Origin: Lingula anatina
Taxonomy: Eukaryota > Animalia > Brachiopoda
NCBI GenBank assembly: GCA_051362555.1
Contig: CM120646.1
Location: 7,874,001-7,938,000 of the forward strand
Direction of reading: 5' to 3'
DNA length: 64,000 nt
This document shows, in pieces, positions 37,067-50,512 of this stretch (its first letter is position 1; the number at the start of each line of letters is the position of its first letter). The position numbers and the translations under genes were made by a program. The notes under the pieces are model-generated. The model was not told the DNA's origin. It saw nothing but the letters and a program-made list of their open reading frames with translations, and searched no databases.

Positions 37067-39921
37067 CTTCTTCCTCTGTGTTGTCTCTCGTCGAATGTAC
37101 CTTAATAAGCCGCAGTCACTTTTGTAATGAGAGGTAAAAATAACATCCTCCGCAGCACAACTAACACAATTAACCGTCCGTACAAAGTGTGTTGCTGTAT
37201 AAATTGCAGCATCATTGTATTTTTTATTTGTAAAGGGTAAATCATTGCTGTGCTATTTTCTTAAATAAGTGAACAAAGTGCAAATATTGAAACATTTATT
37301 TATAATACAAAGAAAAAAAACAGAACATTCACAATTTTTAATAAATGTGCTTTCAGAAACTAAGCCCGAAACTGGATGCTAAGTGTATTAAACTTATCTA
37401 TATTTACAGTGCATTTTAGCACAACTGCATCTTAAGTCACAAAGAAGCCTCAATAATTTTATTCTCCTCTTTTCACTAAAAAACTAATGGTAGAAGTAAC
37501 AGAACTCGAGACTAAACATTTCAGCACTCCAGGTTGCACAGCAGTCGCTAAAGGACGCCCAAAAAACGGTCATCGGTCTAACAGGAGGCACTAATCGCCG
37601 ATATAGATACAGAAAATGCAACGTTTGCTCAACGGACACTCGAACATGGTAAAGGACTCCGTAGGTTGCACAGTGGATGCACGGGGGAGGCAGGCAAGTC
37701 GTTCAGAAGACGCACAGACCGCCGGCAGTTTTACAGGAAATCTAGATTTGGCCGTTGAAAAGACACATCGCAGCAGAAAAAATAATAACATCACTGGTGG
37801 ATCAACATTATTAAGTCGGTGGGACATAAATGTACAGTATCCAGGGCCACACCTTTCTATCGAAGCCTATAAAGTAGCATATATACTCCCCCAGGAAAAA
37901 GTATCACTCATACCGCAGTTATGAATAGTACTACAAGGTACCCATATATTTAATTTATATATTGCATAACAACTAGTCATCCTATCATCATGTAAAAAAG
38001 GGGTGTGAGTGATGGGACATTGGCCTATCTAGCGTAACCACTGAGACCCAACACCGATTGTCATTTTTTAATGTGGCACGTAATTCAGAGGGATACATTT
38101 TTACCAATCGGCTGACACAGGAGCTAGTTTTGACCCGCCGAAGTGCCAGAAGGTTGGGGTTTTCCATAAGAACCATTCAGAGACCCAACCTACGATTGGG
38201 CAATGATACTGTTCTCAGCTGAAAGCAGGTTCAGCGTTGTCAGAAATGATGTGTTGGGTGTTGGGTGGGGAAGAGCCGATAAACAGTATCTTCCCAATTT
38301 TTCTGCCTCTGTCCCACAGTACGCGCCCCTCCCATACTGTAAGCCATGGTATGGGAATTCTGTCGAAAATATCTTTGGGGACGACATGTTAATTCCAGTG
38401 TTCACTTTCATAATGACATCATGTGATGTGATGTGATGTAATGTAATGTAATACTTTTGGTTTATATTAAACAAATGGAAGTACACTCATTGAGGTTGTG
38501 TTTTGTGCTGTAGACTATCATGTCACTAAATAGTTCATAAATAGACCGCAAAGTTTACACATGTAAGTAAATAATGTCATGTTATTTAATCGCCTTATAA
38601 TTCAACTTTTATTGGATGCTAACTACTCTTACAATGCAGGGATTTTTTGCGATCAATCTCATTTTACAAGGGTTAGCATCATGGTTATCTTAAAAGAAGG
38701 TTATATATTTCTTGTATCATTGATGTATAATTTGTCATCATCTTGATTAATAGGACGTATACGGTGACTTGTTCTTCAACCTTTAAAAATCTGTGCTACT
38801 TGGTGGATATATGGATGAAATTATCCTGTTGTTTATTAATTTTATACAACCTGAAAAGAGAGATGAGGCAACAAGCTGGCAATTCTTAAAGCTTGTAATT
38901 GGCTAATCACTTTTGAAATCAATTCTTCATTTGAACAAAGCAATATATACCATTTGTGAACGTTTGTAAGAAAATACAGCTAATCTAAGGCGGTTCTTTA
39001 CAGTGATATCTTAACAACACATAGTCACAGTGATAAAAAGGTAACCTTGACTTCTAGGTCTTTTATTAAAATGTGAAAATGCAACTTAATGGAGTGTGCA
39101 CCCCCACACCCGCTAACACAAACACGCGCACGTGCGCACACACGTTCACGTACAGACAAATTTCTAGTAGAACACATTTAAATTCTTTTTGATGAATTCG
39201 CATGAAAATATTTGGTATTTTAGTTGTTGGGCATATTATAAAGCATAATAAAATGGTATCTAATAAAATTTTTTAAAAATTATATATTGAAAACAGATAT
39301 CTTAAAAATCAAGAAAAAAGATATGCTAAAGTAATTTCCAATTCCATATGTCATACTACACATTACTCTAACTGTGATTCTTAAAAAAATTCCTAAAGAG
39401 CATAAAACGTCAATGTAGTAAAAACCAACTGATTATAAAAGGCAATTGAGAAAGATTCTAAATAAGAATTGACACAATATTCTATTATATTATAGTTGCA
39501 GGCAAGTAAGTTAGCATTTAATTATGCAAACTGACAGACATCGAAATGTGAGTTAAACAATACCAATACTTTTAGTTTTTGATTAACGAAAGTACATGCT
39601 GTAATTTTAAAATATAAAGTACTAATATTCACATTTTACTGCGTTATATAAAATACCCTTGTAAAGCTTCGTGTTTTAAGTTTCATACTCCAAAGATCAG
39701 ATAAGGTCGACAGAATGTTGTATATGTATATTATTAAAGTAATCCAACAGTGTAGATTGTGAATCTTTATATTTACATCTATTTACATCTATATTTAGAA
39801 GTTATTGTTTGCAATTGATCTGCAAAAACTGTCATATTTTCAAAATGTACGCATTAACGCGTATTCTACGCAATTGGATGTTTGCCTATTATTACGGTGT
39901 TACAATTTTGCTAATGGCATA

Positions 39922-40945
39922 TCAATATATGATACACTCATCATGAGCACTGAGTTGGCTAAACTGGACCTGGGTATCATCATTAATTGTAATGTAATTA
40001 TAGGCAACATAACCATCAGCTGCAGTCACCGGCAAGATATTCCCTGCAAGTTCAGTATATGGTTCAGCTAAACGTTTATCCCGATTATCTCGGCGAAGAT
40101 TATTGTACCCAGTCGTCGGCACAGCATAATCATAAACCACATAACCGCCACTAAAGTCAGGGGATGGATCTACTGCGGGGGTCTAGGGATTCGGTCGAAA
40201 ACAGTTCTGCCGTTGTTTCCGTTTGCTGTCGCATTTTTTGTAATATGATGATGTTCAGATGTTTGTGATTTGAGTTTCCTGGACAACGACCGATTGCAGA
40301 ATACAAGGTATCCATTCATGCATAAAAGACACGTTGCTAGCAAGGTCACAATGATCGAAAATGTCCTCCAAGCAGCACCTGTAATACAACACATATGCAG
40401 GTATTCATTCCCGTTTTACGTACTTTCAATTTTGTTAACTAATGTAAAGTGTATACATTGACAGCAACACATTACACATAAATTTTCAACCAGAATGATA
40501 AAAACAGTATTTTTATCATCAGACAAATGAGGTGCAATAAAAAAAGAAAGATTGATTAACCGGCACGGTGTGAGCCACATTATAGAAAGGATAGAAGGGA
40601 GGAAATAAATTATCTGTATTCTGAATACCCCCTTCTTCAGTCTATTAAACAGTGTACAGGCGTTGTACTTGAACACAATGCTTATGTTTAATAAAGAAAA
40701 TTAAGCATAAAATATGGACAATGTTATCATACAACTTAACAAGTTTGCGTATTCTGTCTGATCTGACGACAAGTAATTACTGATTCAGTTGCACTTGTAC
40801 ATGTTGTGAAAAATATACCTTTCCTGGCTTGCGGGATATATTCACCACTCAGTGTTTGATAAGAGCAATGCCATCAATCCTTTTTGATATGTTAGTCATC
40901 TCAACCTACAGTTATAGAACATTTATCTCACTGCAAAACACCCCG

Positions 40946-40992
<47 letters not shown>

Positions 40993-41932
40993 GCTTTTGA
41001 CACATTTGTGGTACTTTTATGTTTTTTATGCAAAATTGAATTTAAGGACTACCGACCTGAGTAGATACGAACAGTAATTGAGGAGTTGCAGTTCCTTTGA
41101 AATCCATATTCGTGTAATGTAGCATTCTGTGCGACCTCTCCGGGATCCACTGTGTAACTGAACATAAGGCCCATTGTTGATAAAATGCCACATTCAGGAT
41201 CCATGAAAGACCAGTTGGAAGGAAAACCAACCAAAGTAACTTCCAAACCTGTAGTATATGAAAAAGGAATGTCGTAATATAATAAAAACTTGGTAAGCGA
41301 TTTGCAACATACTCTTTTCATCGAATAAGGCAATTCACAATTTCCCATTGCACTCAAAAAAAAGACTGTGATATCTGTGGCGTACTGTATTTTGAAGTTC
41401 CAGCTACTTGTGTAGTCCACTGATAGGTTTTCTTGTTCTTTCTTGCGAGGGCTAGCAATGAACTATGGATTTCAAACAAACTAGTCGAGGAAGTTTGCAC
41501 AGGCTGTTACACAAAAGTGCTAGTTTATCTTGCCATAACCACAATATCAAACTAGTATCAATCACCAGTTCAGCTTTTATACGTACCAGGAAGTGATTAC
41601 GTGATCCCTTCCTATCAAGACGAAAAGTTCCTGAGCAAGTAGCATCATACCTTAAAGTTACTAAAAGAGATATTTTGTTCGCTCATTGTGTTTGATCTAA
41701 AATTTGCCATCTTGGTTAAGACAGGGATAACTTTGGCCTGTCATCTTAGCTATACACATTTAGTACAAGTGTAATTTGGGGTGGCGACCTCCCTTTAGTT
41801 TAGGCACAGTTTAAGCTGATTTTTATTAAGACAAATTACGTACTTTGAAGTACATTAGAACTCATTCACTCCCTACCTTCAATAATATTTGGAGTTACAA
41901 AGAGCAGCACAAAAAAAAAAACACGTCTTCAT
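39922..41932 (-). pseudogene. Probable pseudogene D: leader 41877-41932 (T11 frameshift), degenerate V 41057-41248, type-2 TM/tail exon from 40378 (frameshift, stop at 40170); no C exon
   Basis: First V Cys changed to Phe; 7 nt missing in the tail relative to 12900-13363. Confidence 0.72.
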
Positions 41933-43627
41933 CTTCTTCCGTGGTGTAGCCGTTTGCAGTCCTTGCTTAAATGAAGCCGCAACGAATTACTATATGTTAT
42001 TCCACTTTATTCCATTACAAAGAAAGGCTTAAGATAACGTTGTCAGCAGTACCCGGGGTAATCGACAATCAAATTATCAACTGATCACAGCTAACACAAC
42101 TGTCGGCGCAGTTTGTTGGCAAAAGCGACTGTAGTATTAACATACAACATCTTTGGCAATGCTTGTACACATGGTTTGTCCATTGCTATGATATTTTTCT
42201 CAATGTGTTAAGAAATTAAAACATAAATGGTTGAGAATTTTCACAATTTCATTAGAGAGGATTTCATAAAAACAACCCAACACTTTAAAGTTTGCACAAT
42301 ATTGCAATAGATTTTATTAACAGAAGGTATAAATTAGGTAATTTTAATGGGTATATACAACTATGTATGAATTTAGTATTGTTTCATGACAAAACCTTTA
42401 AAATGTTTGTCTTATCATCCACCCCACCCCACCCATCGAATAAAACACAATATAAGGAGCAAGCAGACAACTGACAACTTAATTAATATAAGATTGAATC
42501 TCTTCAAATCAACTTTAGATCAATTAGCTTTTTCTCACTCTAAATATCTAAAATACAATTGTCAACAAACTGCAACATCCATTTACTCTTAATAAATATA
42601 TATGGATAATCAAAATACAAAAGAAAAATAAGGTAAAACGCTAACAACCAAAGCTGATGTATGGAGCGCCATTCACGCAAAAAATGCAGACGTCAATTCA
42701 ACAATCTATCGGCACTTTTTAACAACCAAAACATACTTTAACTATCTAAACTTAATTCTACTAAATTAGATTTGGTCATTTTAATCATTCGTCAAAACCT
42801 AACAATCAAAACACGATTCAAAAGTCAGTTACTGCAACTCAACAATCAGTCACCGCAACTCAACAATCAGTCGCCGCAAATCAACAATCAGTTACTGCAA
42901 ATCAACAATCTGTCGCGGACTTAACACCAGATGGCGCGCGCGCACCTTCAGCGATCTTAAACGCCCTTGACCTTTTCCAGAGCACAGGCTTCAAACAACT
43001 GCACATGCGCGAAAAGTGCGGTGTTTGAAATAAACAAGTTGGTGAAAGCCAGCACACGAACAATATGTGGTTCCTCTAAAAGAAACCAGACAATTTTTGT
43101 GTTTTTAATCTACAAATACTAAAAAGATCAATTAAGTTAGTAAATAGGCCGGGAACAAGAACTTATTATAAAGTATATTTAATATTAACTATTATTGAAG
43201 ATCATAGTAATAATTAACCAAGTCGCATTTCGATGTACTCCATGCTATGGTCTTTATTCAAAAATAGCATTTTTTATGAGAATACATATTGCATCGTATT
43301 GTTTGGTTCCATTGCTTCGCTTTCAAAAATTAAAACATGCTGTCGGGTCCAACATAAAGATCATACGAAGTCGTACTGTATGACGTAATGTCTTGTAGTC
43401 AAGTAACTTTTGAGTAATGCGGCGGTCTCTGTGTATGACGCCAAGGTAAAAAAATTATAAAAATCATAAAAATTGGAAATCATTTTCCATTTGGAGCAAT
43501 ATACAGAGTAAAATAATAAGATAATACAATAAATAAACAAATTAAGAATTTAGTTTTGAGATCAAATTAAAATGCGCCACTGCACTTGGATAAAAGCTGT
43601 TTAAAAAGCTTTTACTGCCTTTAAAAG

Positions 43628-43900
43628 TTAAAAGTCTACTGTTGCTTGATAAAAAAATAAAAAGAGATGATGCAGGATGGAAAGAGTCTTTCCGATAATC
43701 CTGCTTGCAGTTTTTACAACGTTTGCTAATTTCTTCCTTTTCTCCCCAGCTGTTCCGCTATACCATATTATAATTCCGTACGCTAGAATGCTTTCAATTA
43801 CACACCTGTAAAAATTGACTAAAATAGGCACGCTATCAGTAAAAAATTTCAATGATCTTAAAATATACAGTCTTTGCCGTGCCTTCTTTACACTTTACAC
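43628..43900 (-). mobile_element. Fragment of the C-terminus of a LINE (L2/CR1/Rex-type) ORF2
   Basis: LVNFYRCVIESILAYGIIIWY...VVKTASRIIG resembles the post-RT region of these LINEs. Confidence 0.6.
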
Positions 43901-43959
43901 AGGTAGTTAAAGTTTGCGTCGTGGACCATACAGGTAGATAAGGAAGAATGATATAAAGC

Positions 43960-44238
43960 CTCGGTCACAACCGGCCGTACGGGCTTTTACGGGCTGTTTG
44001 CGTCCAATTTTTGCGCAGAATCTCACGTCCCACGCAAGACAAACTCAAGATTTGAGTACAATTTCCACGGCCATCATTCCTTGCAATTAGCGCCCCTGCT
44101 TGAAAGGAAATCTCATGTGGCTCTTGCTACTCGCAAGGCAGACTTTCCTTTACCTCTACGACTGCCACGGCCTTCGCAACAATCAAAAATCGCAGGGGAC
44201 GTACGGTCCTGAAATTCGTGCGTCCGGTTGTGACCGAG
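43960..44238. mobile_element. Harbinger-like MITE
   Basis: TIR CTCGGTCACAACCGG...CCGGTTGTGACCGAG. Confidence 0.65.
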
Positions 44239-44240
44239 TA

Positions 44241-44386
44241 AGCCTCCAACTCTTAACTCGTCAGCTTCGTACTCCGTAAGCCATACCTTGAGAGATATAG
44301 CCTACGGGAGACATGTAGAAGGAAGCAGCGAGGAAGGAGATTGGAAGCGACGGAGTACGAAGCTGACGAGTTAAGAGTTGGAGACT
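44241..44386. mobile_element. Small palindromic MITE
   Basis: 34-bp perfect IR CTCCAACTCTTAACTCGTCAGCTTCGTACTCCGT. Confidence 0.65.
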
Positions 44387-46100
44387 TCACTTAGAATATG
44401 TAGCTTCCAAGCGTCAACGAATAAATCGTTTAACTGGTCAGTTGTTGAATATAGCAGCGTTACATTGATTTATCCTTGTGGTTGACTTGGTTTCTGGCGC
44501 ACACACTTACGAGTGTAGTTTTAGACATTGGAATCTGGGATCGATCGTGAGAGTGAAAGGTTACTTGTGTAAGTGAGCGTAAGTGAACGATAGTGAGTGA
44601 AAGCTTCCTACGATTTAGTATGTGCAGTACAGTAAAATGCGCTCCAAAGATGAAGTTTAAAAAATTATAATGGCCAAATTCGCCCTCGCACAATAATGTC
44701 CTCGCAGAATGATCGGCAATTAACCTTCTATTCCTACGATTTTGAATTTATTTTGCAATATCATTTTCAATCTGGCACATGAAGAATTTTATTAATCAAG
44801 AGTGGGAAGGGGTGGAAAATCCCCATTGGAGCCAGATATAACACTATAAATAATGGGAATCCACTTAAAATGAAGGTAAAATAAATGTTATTCTAGGGAA
44901 TTCCGACGGATTTACTTTTTAGAACATAAAATAAATAGAACATTTCTGATATAAATTTGCAAAATGACACCAGAGAGCAAATGAAATAAAATCAACTAGA
45001 CGGTAAACACGGACAGGCTTTGCTTTCACTGCAACTAGTTTATTTCAAACACCGCACTTTTCGCGCATGTGCAGTTGTTTGAAGCCTGTGCTCTGGAAAA
45101 GGTCAAGGGCGTTTAAGATCGCTAACGGTGCGCGCGCGCCATCTGGTGTTAAGTCCGCGAATGACCGTTTGCGACAACTGATTGTTGAGTTACGGTAACT
45201 GATTGTTGAGTTGACGTCTGCATTTTTTGCGTGAATGGCGCACCATGCATTGCGCCATTTACGCAAAAAATGCATTGTTGAGTTGCAGTAACTGACTTTT
45301 GAATCGTTTATTGATTGTTAGATTTTGACGAATGATTAAAATGACCACAACTAATTTAGTAGAATTAAGTTGAGATAGTTAAAGTAGGTTTTGGCTGTTA
45401 AATAGTGCCGGTAGATTGTTGATTCGACATCTGCATTTTTTGCGTGAATGGCGCACCATGATTCACGCCATTCACGCAAAAATACATTGTTGAGTTGCAG
45501 TGACTGATTGTTGATTTGCGGTGACTGATTGTTGAGTTGCGGTGACTGATTGTTGAGTTGCAGTAACTGACTTTTGAATCGTTTATTGATTGTTAGATTT
45601 TGATGAATGATTAAAATGACCACAACTAATTTAGTAGAATTAAGTTTAGATAGTTAAAGTAGGTTTTGGCTGTTAAAAAGTGCCGATAGATTGTTGAGTT
45701 GACGTCTGCATTTTTTGCGTGAATGGCGCTCCATACATCAGCCAATGACTTATATCTTCAGAAATCAATTCTCCGTTTGATCAAATTAAGTAATACTACA
45801 GCTTTTTTTCAATGCCATTATATAACAAGAACGAATCTAAGACAGCTTCTAACAGTGATATTGAAGCAACACATAGTCGCAGTATTAACATTCTCTTCTG
45901 TTTTAGGTCTTTCATCATAATGTAAAAACGCAATACAAGTCATGGAATGTAAAAATCTATCGTAGCGCCACATACACAGAGACACACAGACAGACACACA
46001 AACTCACACTGAAAAAAAATCATCTCCACATTTCTTCTAATTTATTTATCCGAATGATAATCTTCGTTTTTTGTCATGTTTTATATTATTTTAATATTAC

Positions 46101-46437
46101 ATTTGTTCTGCGCCAAAGTCGTAACCACGGGATAACTGAATGGGACTGAAACCTGACACATATTGTTCCCCTAATCTGCCAATGTTACTTTGCCTATTGT
46201 TACCGTGAATGATGGATCAGAGACTAACCATCAAGTCAGTTCTGGCGGCAAATCTTCCATCAGAAACCTGTGTGACTGCTATTTGGTTTTTATCGTCCGT
46301 TTCTCCTTTGAAAAAGTCACGTACTGCGCCAGGATCCACTGTTTAATTGCACTCAAGGTCCACTGTTGGTGTGATGCCGCTATCAGGATTCATGATGTAC
46401 CCATTGAATGGTATAGCATCTAAGGTAACTTCCAAAC
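46101..46437 (-). pseudogene. Near full-length V pseudo-exon, leader deleted
   Basis: GLEVTLDAIPFNGYIMNPDSGITPTVDLECN*...VTLAD*GNNMCQVSVPFSYPVVTTLAQN; stops and deletions; upstream motif retained at ~47023. Confidence 0.8.
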
Positions 46438-48563
46438 CTGCATTAACAGTATAATAGGGTATTGTAATATTTAAGTTCGGGAAGCATTTTAGTAGTATAC
46501 ACCTTGACTAAATCAGACGGTAATTTTTTCCATAACCTTCTTAAGATGGGCGTGATACCTGTGGCGGAGTGTATGATAAAAATCCAGTTAATCAACTGAA
46601 AGGCTTTCTTGTTGGAAGGACGCAGGAATTGAATTCTGGAGAACAAACTGATTAATTCAGAAGGTTTAATTCAGAAAAGTTGGTACAGAACGGTAAAATT
46701 AGGCCATGCTAGCTAATCTAATAAATCCACTTTTACATTAAATCATTTTCAATAGAGAGGAAGTTTTTGTACCAGGAAGTAAATATATTGTCACTCCCTA
46801 CCAAAATCAAGCGTTTTGCAAGCCGACAGAACCACTTCTCATGGTTATTAATAATAAGTTTGCCTTATGTGTTTAGTGTAGAACACATCACCCTAATTTA
46901 AAAATTAAATCAGGAATAAGGTTGCGTTGGCCTTCGATTTTCAACACAAGTAAGGTATGGGGAGGCTGTATTCATATTGTACAGTCGCCAATGTTTCTCG
47001 ATTAACAAAAAGATATTTATCACAACTAACACAACTGGCGGTGTAGTTAGTTGGTAAAGGCAATTTCGATATCAAAACACATCTTAGGATTTATATATGC
47101 TATTTATTCCTTAAGCCATTCTTTTAAATATGTTAAGAAAGCGCAAATAGTATTGCAACTTATCACCATACGAAAATAAAGGATATGTGCAATTTCATTT
47201 TTAAATGGTTTGCTAGTACCGAACATAATATATAATTTTTTTCTAAATTAAACAATAACAATAAACATGCTCCTTTCAAAGGGTTTTAGACAAAACACTA
47301 CCTTTTTTCCATTTTGCAATTACCGTACAGTAAAATAAAGTATCTAAATGAAGACACATTTTTTTTGTCTTTCCGACAGTCACCTATTACCAATTTCTCA
47401 ATTTCACAGATTGTCTAAAGTATTGCCTTCCGAAATAAATGTCAAATAATTGCATGGGGGCATAAGTCATTCTTACAAAATTGGCTTTATTCAACAACAA
47501 ATGTTTATACATACATTTGGTAACACATAAAGTCTTATGTTGAAAAAACAGTAATTTCCTTGTCTTACATTTAATTTTAAATCCTTCATCTTCACATGTT
47601 GATTATATATTTCATATGTGCATCAAACTGTCACATCCATGTTTGCTATATCTATTCCTAATCAAAATAATATACCTTCAAATGTTACATCTAAATAAAG
47701 CCCTTGGTAAAAATATAAAGTAGCATTCGTGAAAATATACCAATTTAACGTTTGGTAAAAAAAATCATGCTAATATTTTATCCTTTGCATACACGGTTCA
47801 TTCTTTATTTACACTTAATACAGCTAGCGACAATATCTAAACAAAAAGAACAAGGAAGCAAGCTGACAATTACGAAAGATTTCTCTAAAAACTAGTATCT
47901 TTAAAAGGCAATCCGTTCATTAGTCAAAGCAATACAAGGACATTTCTCAACTTTGTTATAAAAAGCAACAAATCTAAGATAGGTTCCTATTCACAGCAAC
48001 ATCGGACAATGCAGTCACTATGAAAAAAAAATGTCCCTTCATCTCAAATGCATCGCACTCCATGGAATATAAAAACTGAGAGAGTGCTTGTTTTAGATTC
48101 CAACAAGCCGTAATTGCAAGCAGTGACATCTGGTGTCCTGATATCCTTTAGAGTATTCATCCATTCCTATTTTCAATGGTTATCTATTATGTCAATATGA
48201 CCTGCAATAGAAAATAGGTTATAAAGGTCGGTATGTGATTAATTAAAAAGATAGATGTTGATTCATTAATTATAATGTGATACTGTAACAGTCATATCTC
48301 AAACTCAACAAGTAGTCCGAAAATCTGTGCTAGTTTTCATATAAAATTAAATAAATTGTGATAAAATTATATTTTAAAATATATTCTATATGGTAACAAA
48401 ACACTTAAATTCTATTCAATTAACCCTTTCTTTAAGTAATTTTTTTTTTGGGGGGGGGGGGACTTGTTTTATTTGCGAATGACTTATGATGGTGATGAAA
48501 AAAGGATGTTTCCCGTTTCCCTATTCATATGAATCCTTACCTTAACCGTTTGTTTAAATCCCC

Positions 48564-48601
48564 TCACAGTAAAATCTTCATCAACGCCAATGCCGCAAGT
48601 G
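48564..48601 (-). CDS. IgSF gene E, terminal hydrophobic exon (ALAALALMKILL*), GPI-anchor signal
   Basis: ttgttgtAG acceptor, phase 1; AG|GTAAGG donor 23 nt after the stop, and a likely 3'UTR acceptor at ~48203. Confidence 0.7.
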
Positions 48602-49034
48602 CTACAACAAAAATGCAAAGGTAGTTGATGTTTAGGATTAACAGCGGTCTGATAGTAATTTTAGTGATAAGATAAGCCTATTTTCCTAATGTTCTTCATG
48701 ATCAATGGCTTATTTTAAGTTGGTATTTTAATTGCGTTTTGAAATAAACAAAGTAACTGCCTGGAAATCTGGAAGCTACCGTAAACCCTAAGAAGATCAA
48801 GGAATTTCCTGGGCGTCACATTACCAAGGCAAGATTCATAGTTGGTGGATCGAAACTTTATTAGAATCATGTCATTCATTGATAATTCTCTGTGTAAAGA
48901 ACTTTCATGAGATCATAAGAAACCTCGTTCGTAATACTCTGACGTTTGCTTCATTTAACCAGAAAGAGAGAGACTCAGAAAGACAGAGAGAAACAGAAAG
49001 AGGGGAAGATGCTGGGTGAGGAAATCCATCCTAC

Positions 49035-49121
49035 CTATAATACTTGGTCGAACTATTTCACAACTTGAAATATATCCGGTCGTCGTAGTTGGCGCCTGTG
49101 TGGAAGTGGTGCTAGTAGAGA
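49035..49121 (-). CDS. IgSF gene E, stalk exon (VSTSTTSTQAPTTTTGYISSCEIVRPSII)
   Basis: 87 nt, AG/GTAGGA, phase 1-1. Confidence 0.75.
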
Positions 49122-49350
49122 CTTAAATACAGAGAAGCAATACACTTTGATTAAGTGACATTGAGTCTAGAACATTGTCTGACACACGTTTCCGGAAAGT
49201 GCTTTACATACGACACTTTATATTAATATTAATTTTCGGTGTAACTTTTACAAATCCACTTTAGTAAATATATTTCACATAATCGCCAAGACTCGTCAAA
49301 GATGATAAGATATATTATTTTCAGTTATAGAGGATTACTTTTATACTTAC

Positions 49351-49659
49351 CAATTGTTGGGGGCAGCTGTTGTTCTCTACTCATAGGGCTACTTAGAGCT
49401 GGATGTGTCGCTCTACAGATGACTGTCACTGGCTCCTCGTTTGTTGCATTTCGTTCCAGCGTGCTACTGGCGATAAACGTATCCCCGCTTTCTGTGTTGG
49501 TTTGCGGGTTAGCGGCGTTAACTTCGACTTCTGATCCGGCAGCATCTCTTACATACCAAGTAAGCGTCGGTGCGGGTCTTCCCCCGGTTGACTGACACTC
49601 CACTTGATATCTGTTTGGTGCCACTTCACTTTGGGACACTTGGGGAGGTTGTGGCTCAG
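49351..49659 (-). CDS. IgSF gene E, C2-set Ig domain exon (divergent paralog)
   Basis: AEPQPPQV...ECQSTGGRPAPTLTWY...ICRATHPAL; 309 nt, AG/GTAAGT. Confidence 0.9.
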
Positions 49660-50137
49660 CTTAAAGTAAAAAAGAAACATTTTTAAGCGGTGCAAAATAG
49701 TGAGAGAAAGGTAGACGAGGAAGTATTGAAATATGATTAATAACTTTTTGTTACGTTTCATATTTATTTATTTATTGCAAAACCGACAAATCTGAATAAA
49801 TACTTAATTCAATTTTAAAATTATAAATAAGAATACAACAAGTGAAAGGGCGAAAAGAAATAAGAACAAAAATAAATATAAAATATCTGATAACAACAAT
49901 ACAACAGTGATGATAGTGTACAATGAAAGAAAAATGTAAGGTGTCATAAAAAAGTGAAAGTAAACATGGAGCGTGACATTTTAAAACTGTTTCTCTCAAT
50001 CAAAAAATAGTCAAAAATTTTACACTCGGACAAGTATTCAAAACTGGTGCATTTGTTCAAATATATTTTATTTCAAATAATTGTGCATTAATGTTAACTA
50101 TAGCAGAAGTGTAATGCATTCATCAATAGCCACTTAC

Positions 50138-50512
50138 CATACACCATAAGGTTCTGTGGCGATGACGTCACAGTATTCTGTTGGAAGTTTAGGACAACTT
50201 TACAGGTATAATTTCCTTCGTCAGAATACTGCAGAGAGGCTATTCTGAGAGTATATTGTGGGTCATTGGCATTAACTTCGACATCGGATCTACCCTGGTA
50301 ACTGTTCTGTTTCACAGAAGCTCCATCTGCTACTTTAACTACTGCTATTTGATGAGCAGTGTCGGCACCATCTTTGTAAAATGTCACATATTCTGCAGGC
50401 TGCGTGTCGGAGCCTAGGTCGTAACTACATACAAGTTCAGCCGTTGGAGCCGCAGCGGCTTGGTTCATAATGTAACCATTGGGATTCACTCCAGACAAAG
50501 TCACTGTCAAAC
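50138..50512 (-). CDS. IgSF gene E, V-type Ig domain exon (divergent paralog)
   Basis: 375 nt, AG/GTAAGT, LVCSY...SDEGNYTC. Confidence 0.92.

Larger units (their letters stand above)
42653..45742. mobile_element. Foldback-like element with long inverted arms containing 21-bp tandem units, with nested repeats
   Basis: 42653-43050 is the reverse complement of blocks in 45040-45742 (GCTGATGTATGGAGCGCCATTCACGCAAAAAATGCAGACGTC...); unit GCAACTCAACAATCAGTCACC. Confidence 0.75.

Noticed and set aside
40818-40906. Possible stalk exon between the V relic and the type-2 TM exon (AG...AG|GTATAT; also ~13802-13888)
   Set aside because: Stop codons in the phase-1 and phase-0 readings, and not Ser/Thr-rich
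42835-42915. CRISPR-like array in the 21-bp repeats (also the 43-bp repeats at 29420-29620)
   Set aside because: Tandem units without unique spacers, inside transposon arms, in eukaryotic DNA, with no cas genes
7284-50512. True V(D)J-rearranging antigen receptor locus
   Set aside because: V exons already include the G strand and splice donor; there are no flanking heptamer-spacer-nonamer RSSs and no FGxG J segments
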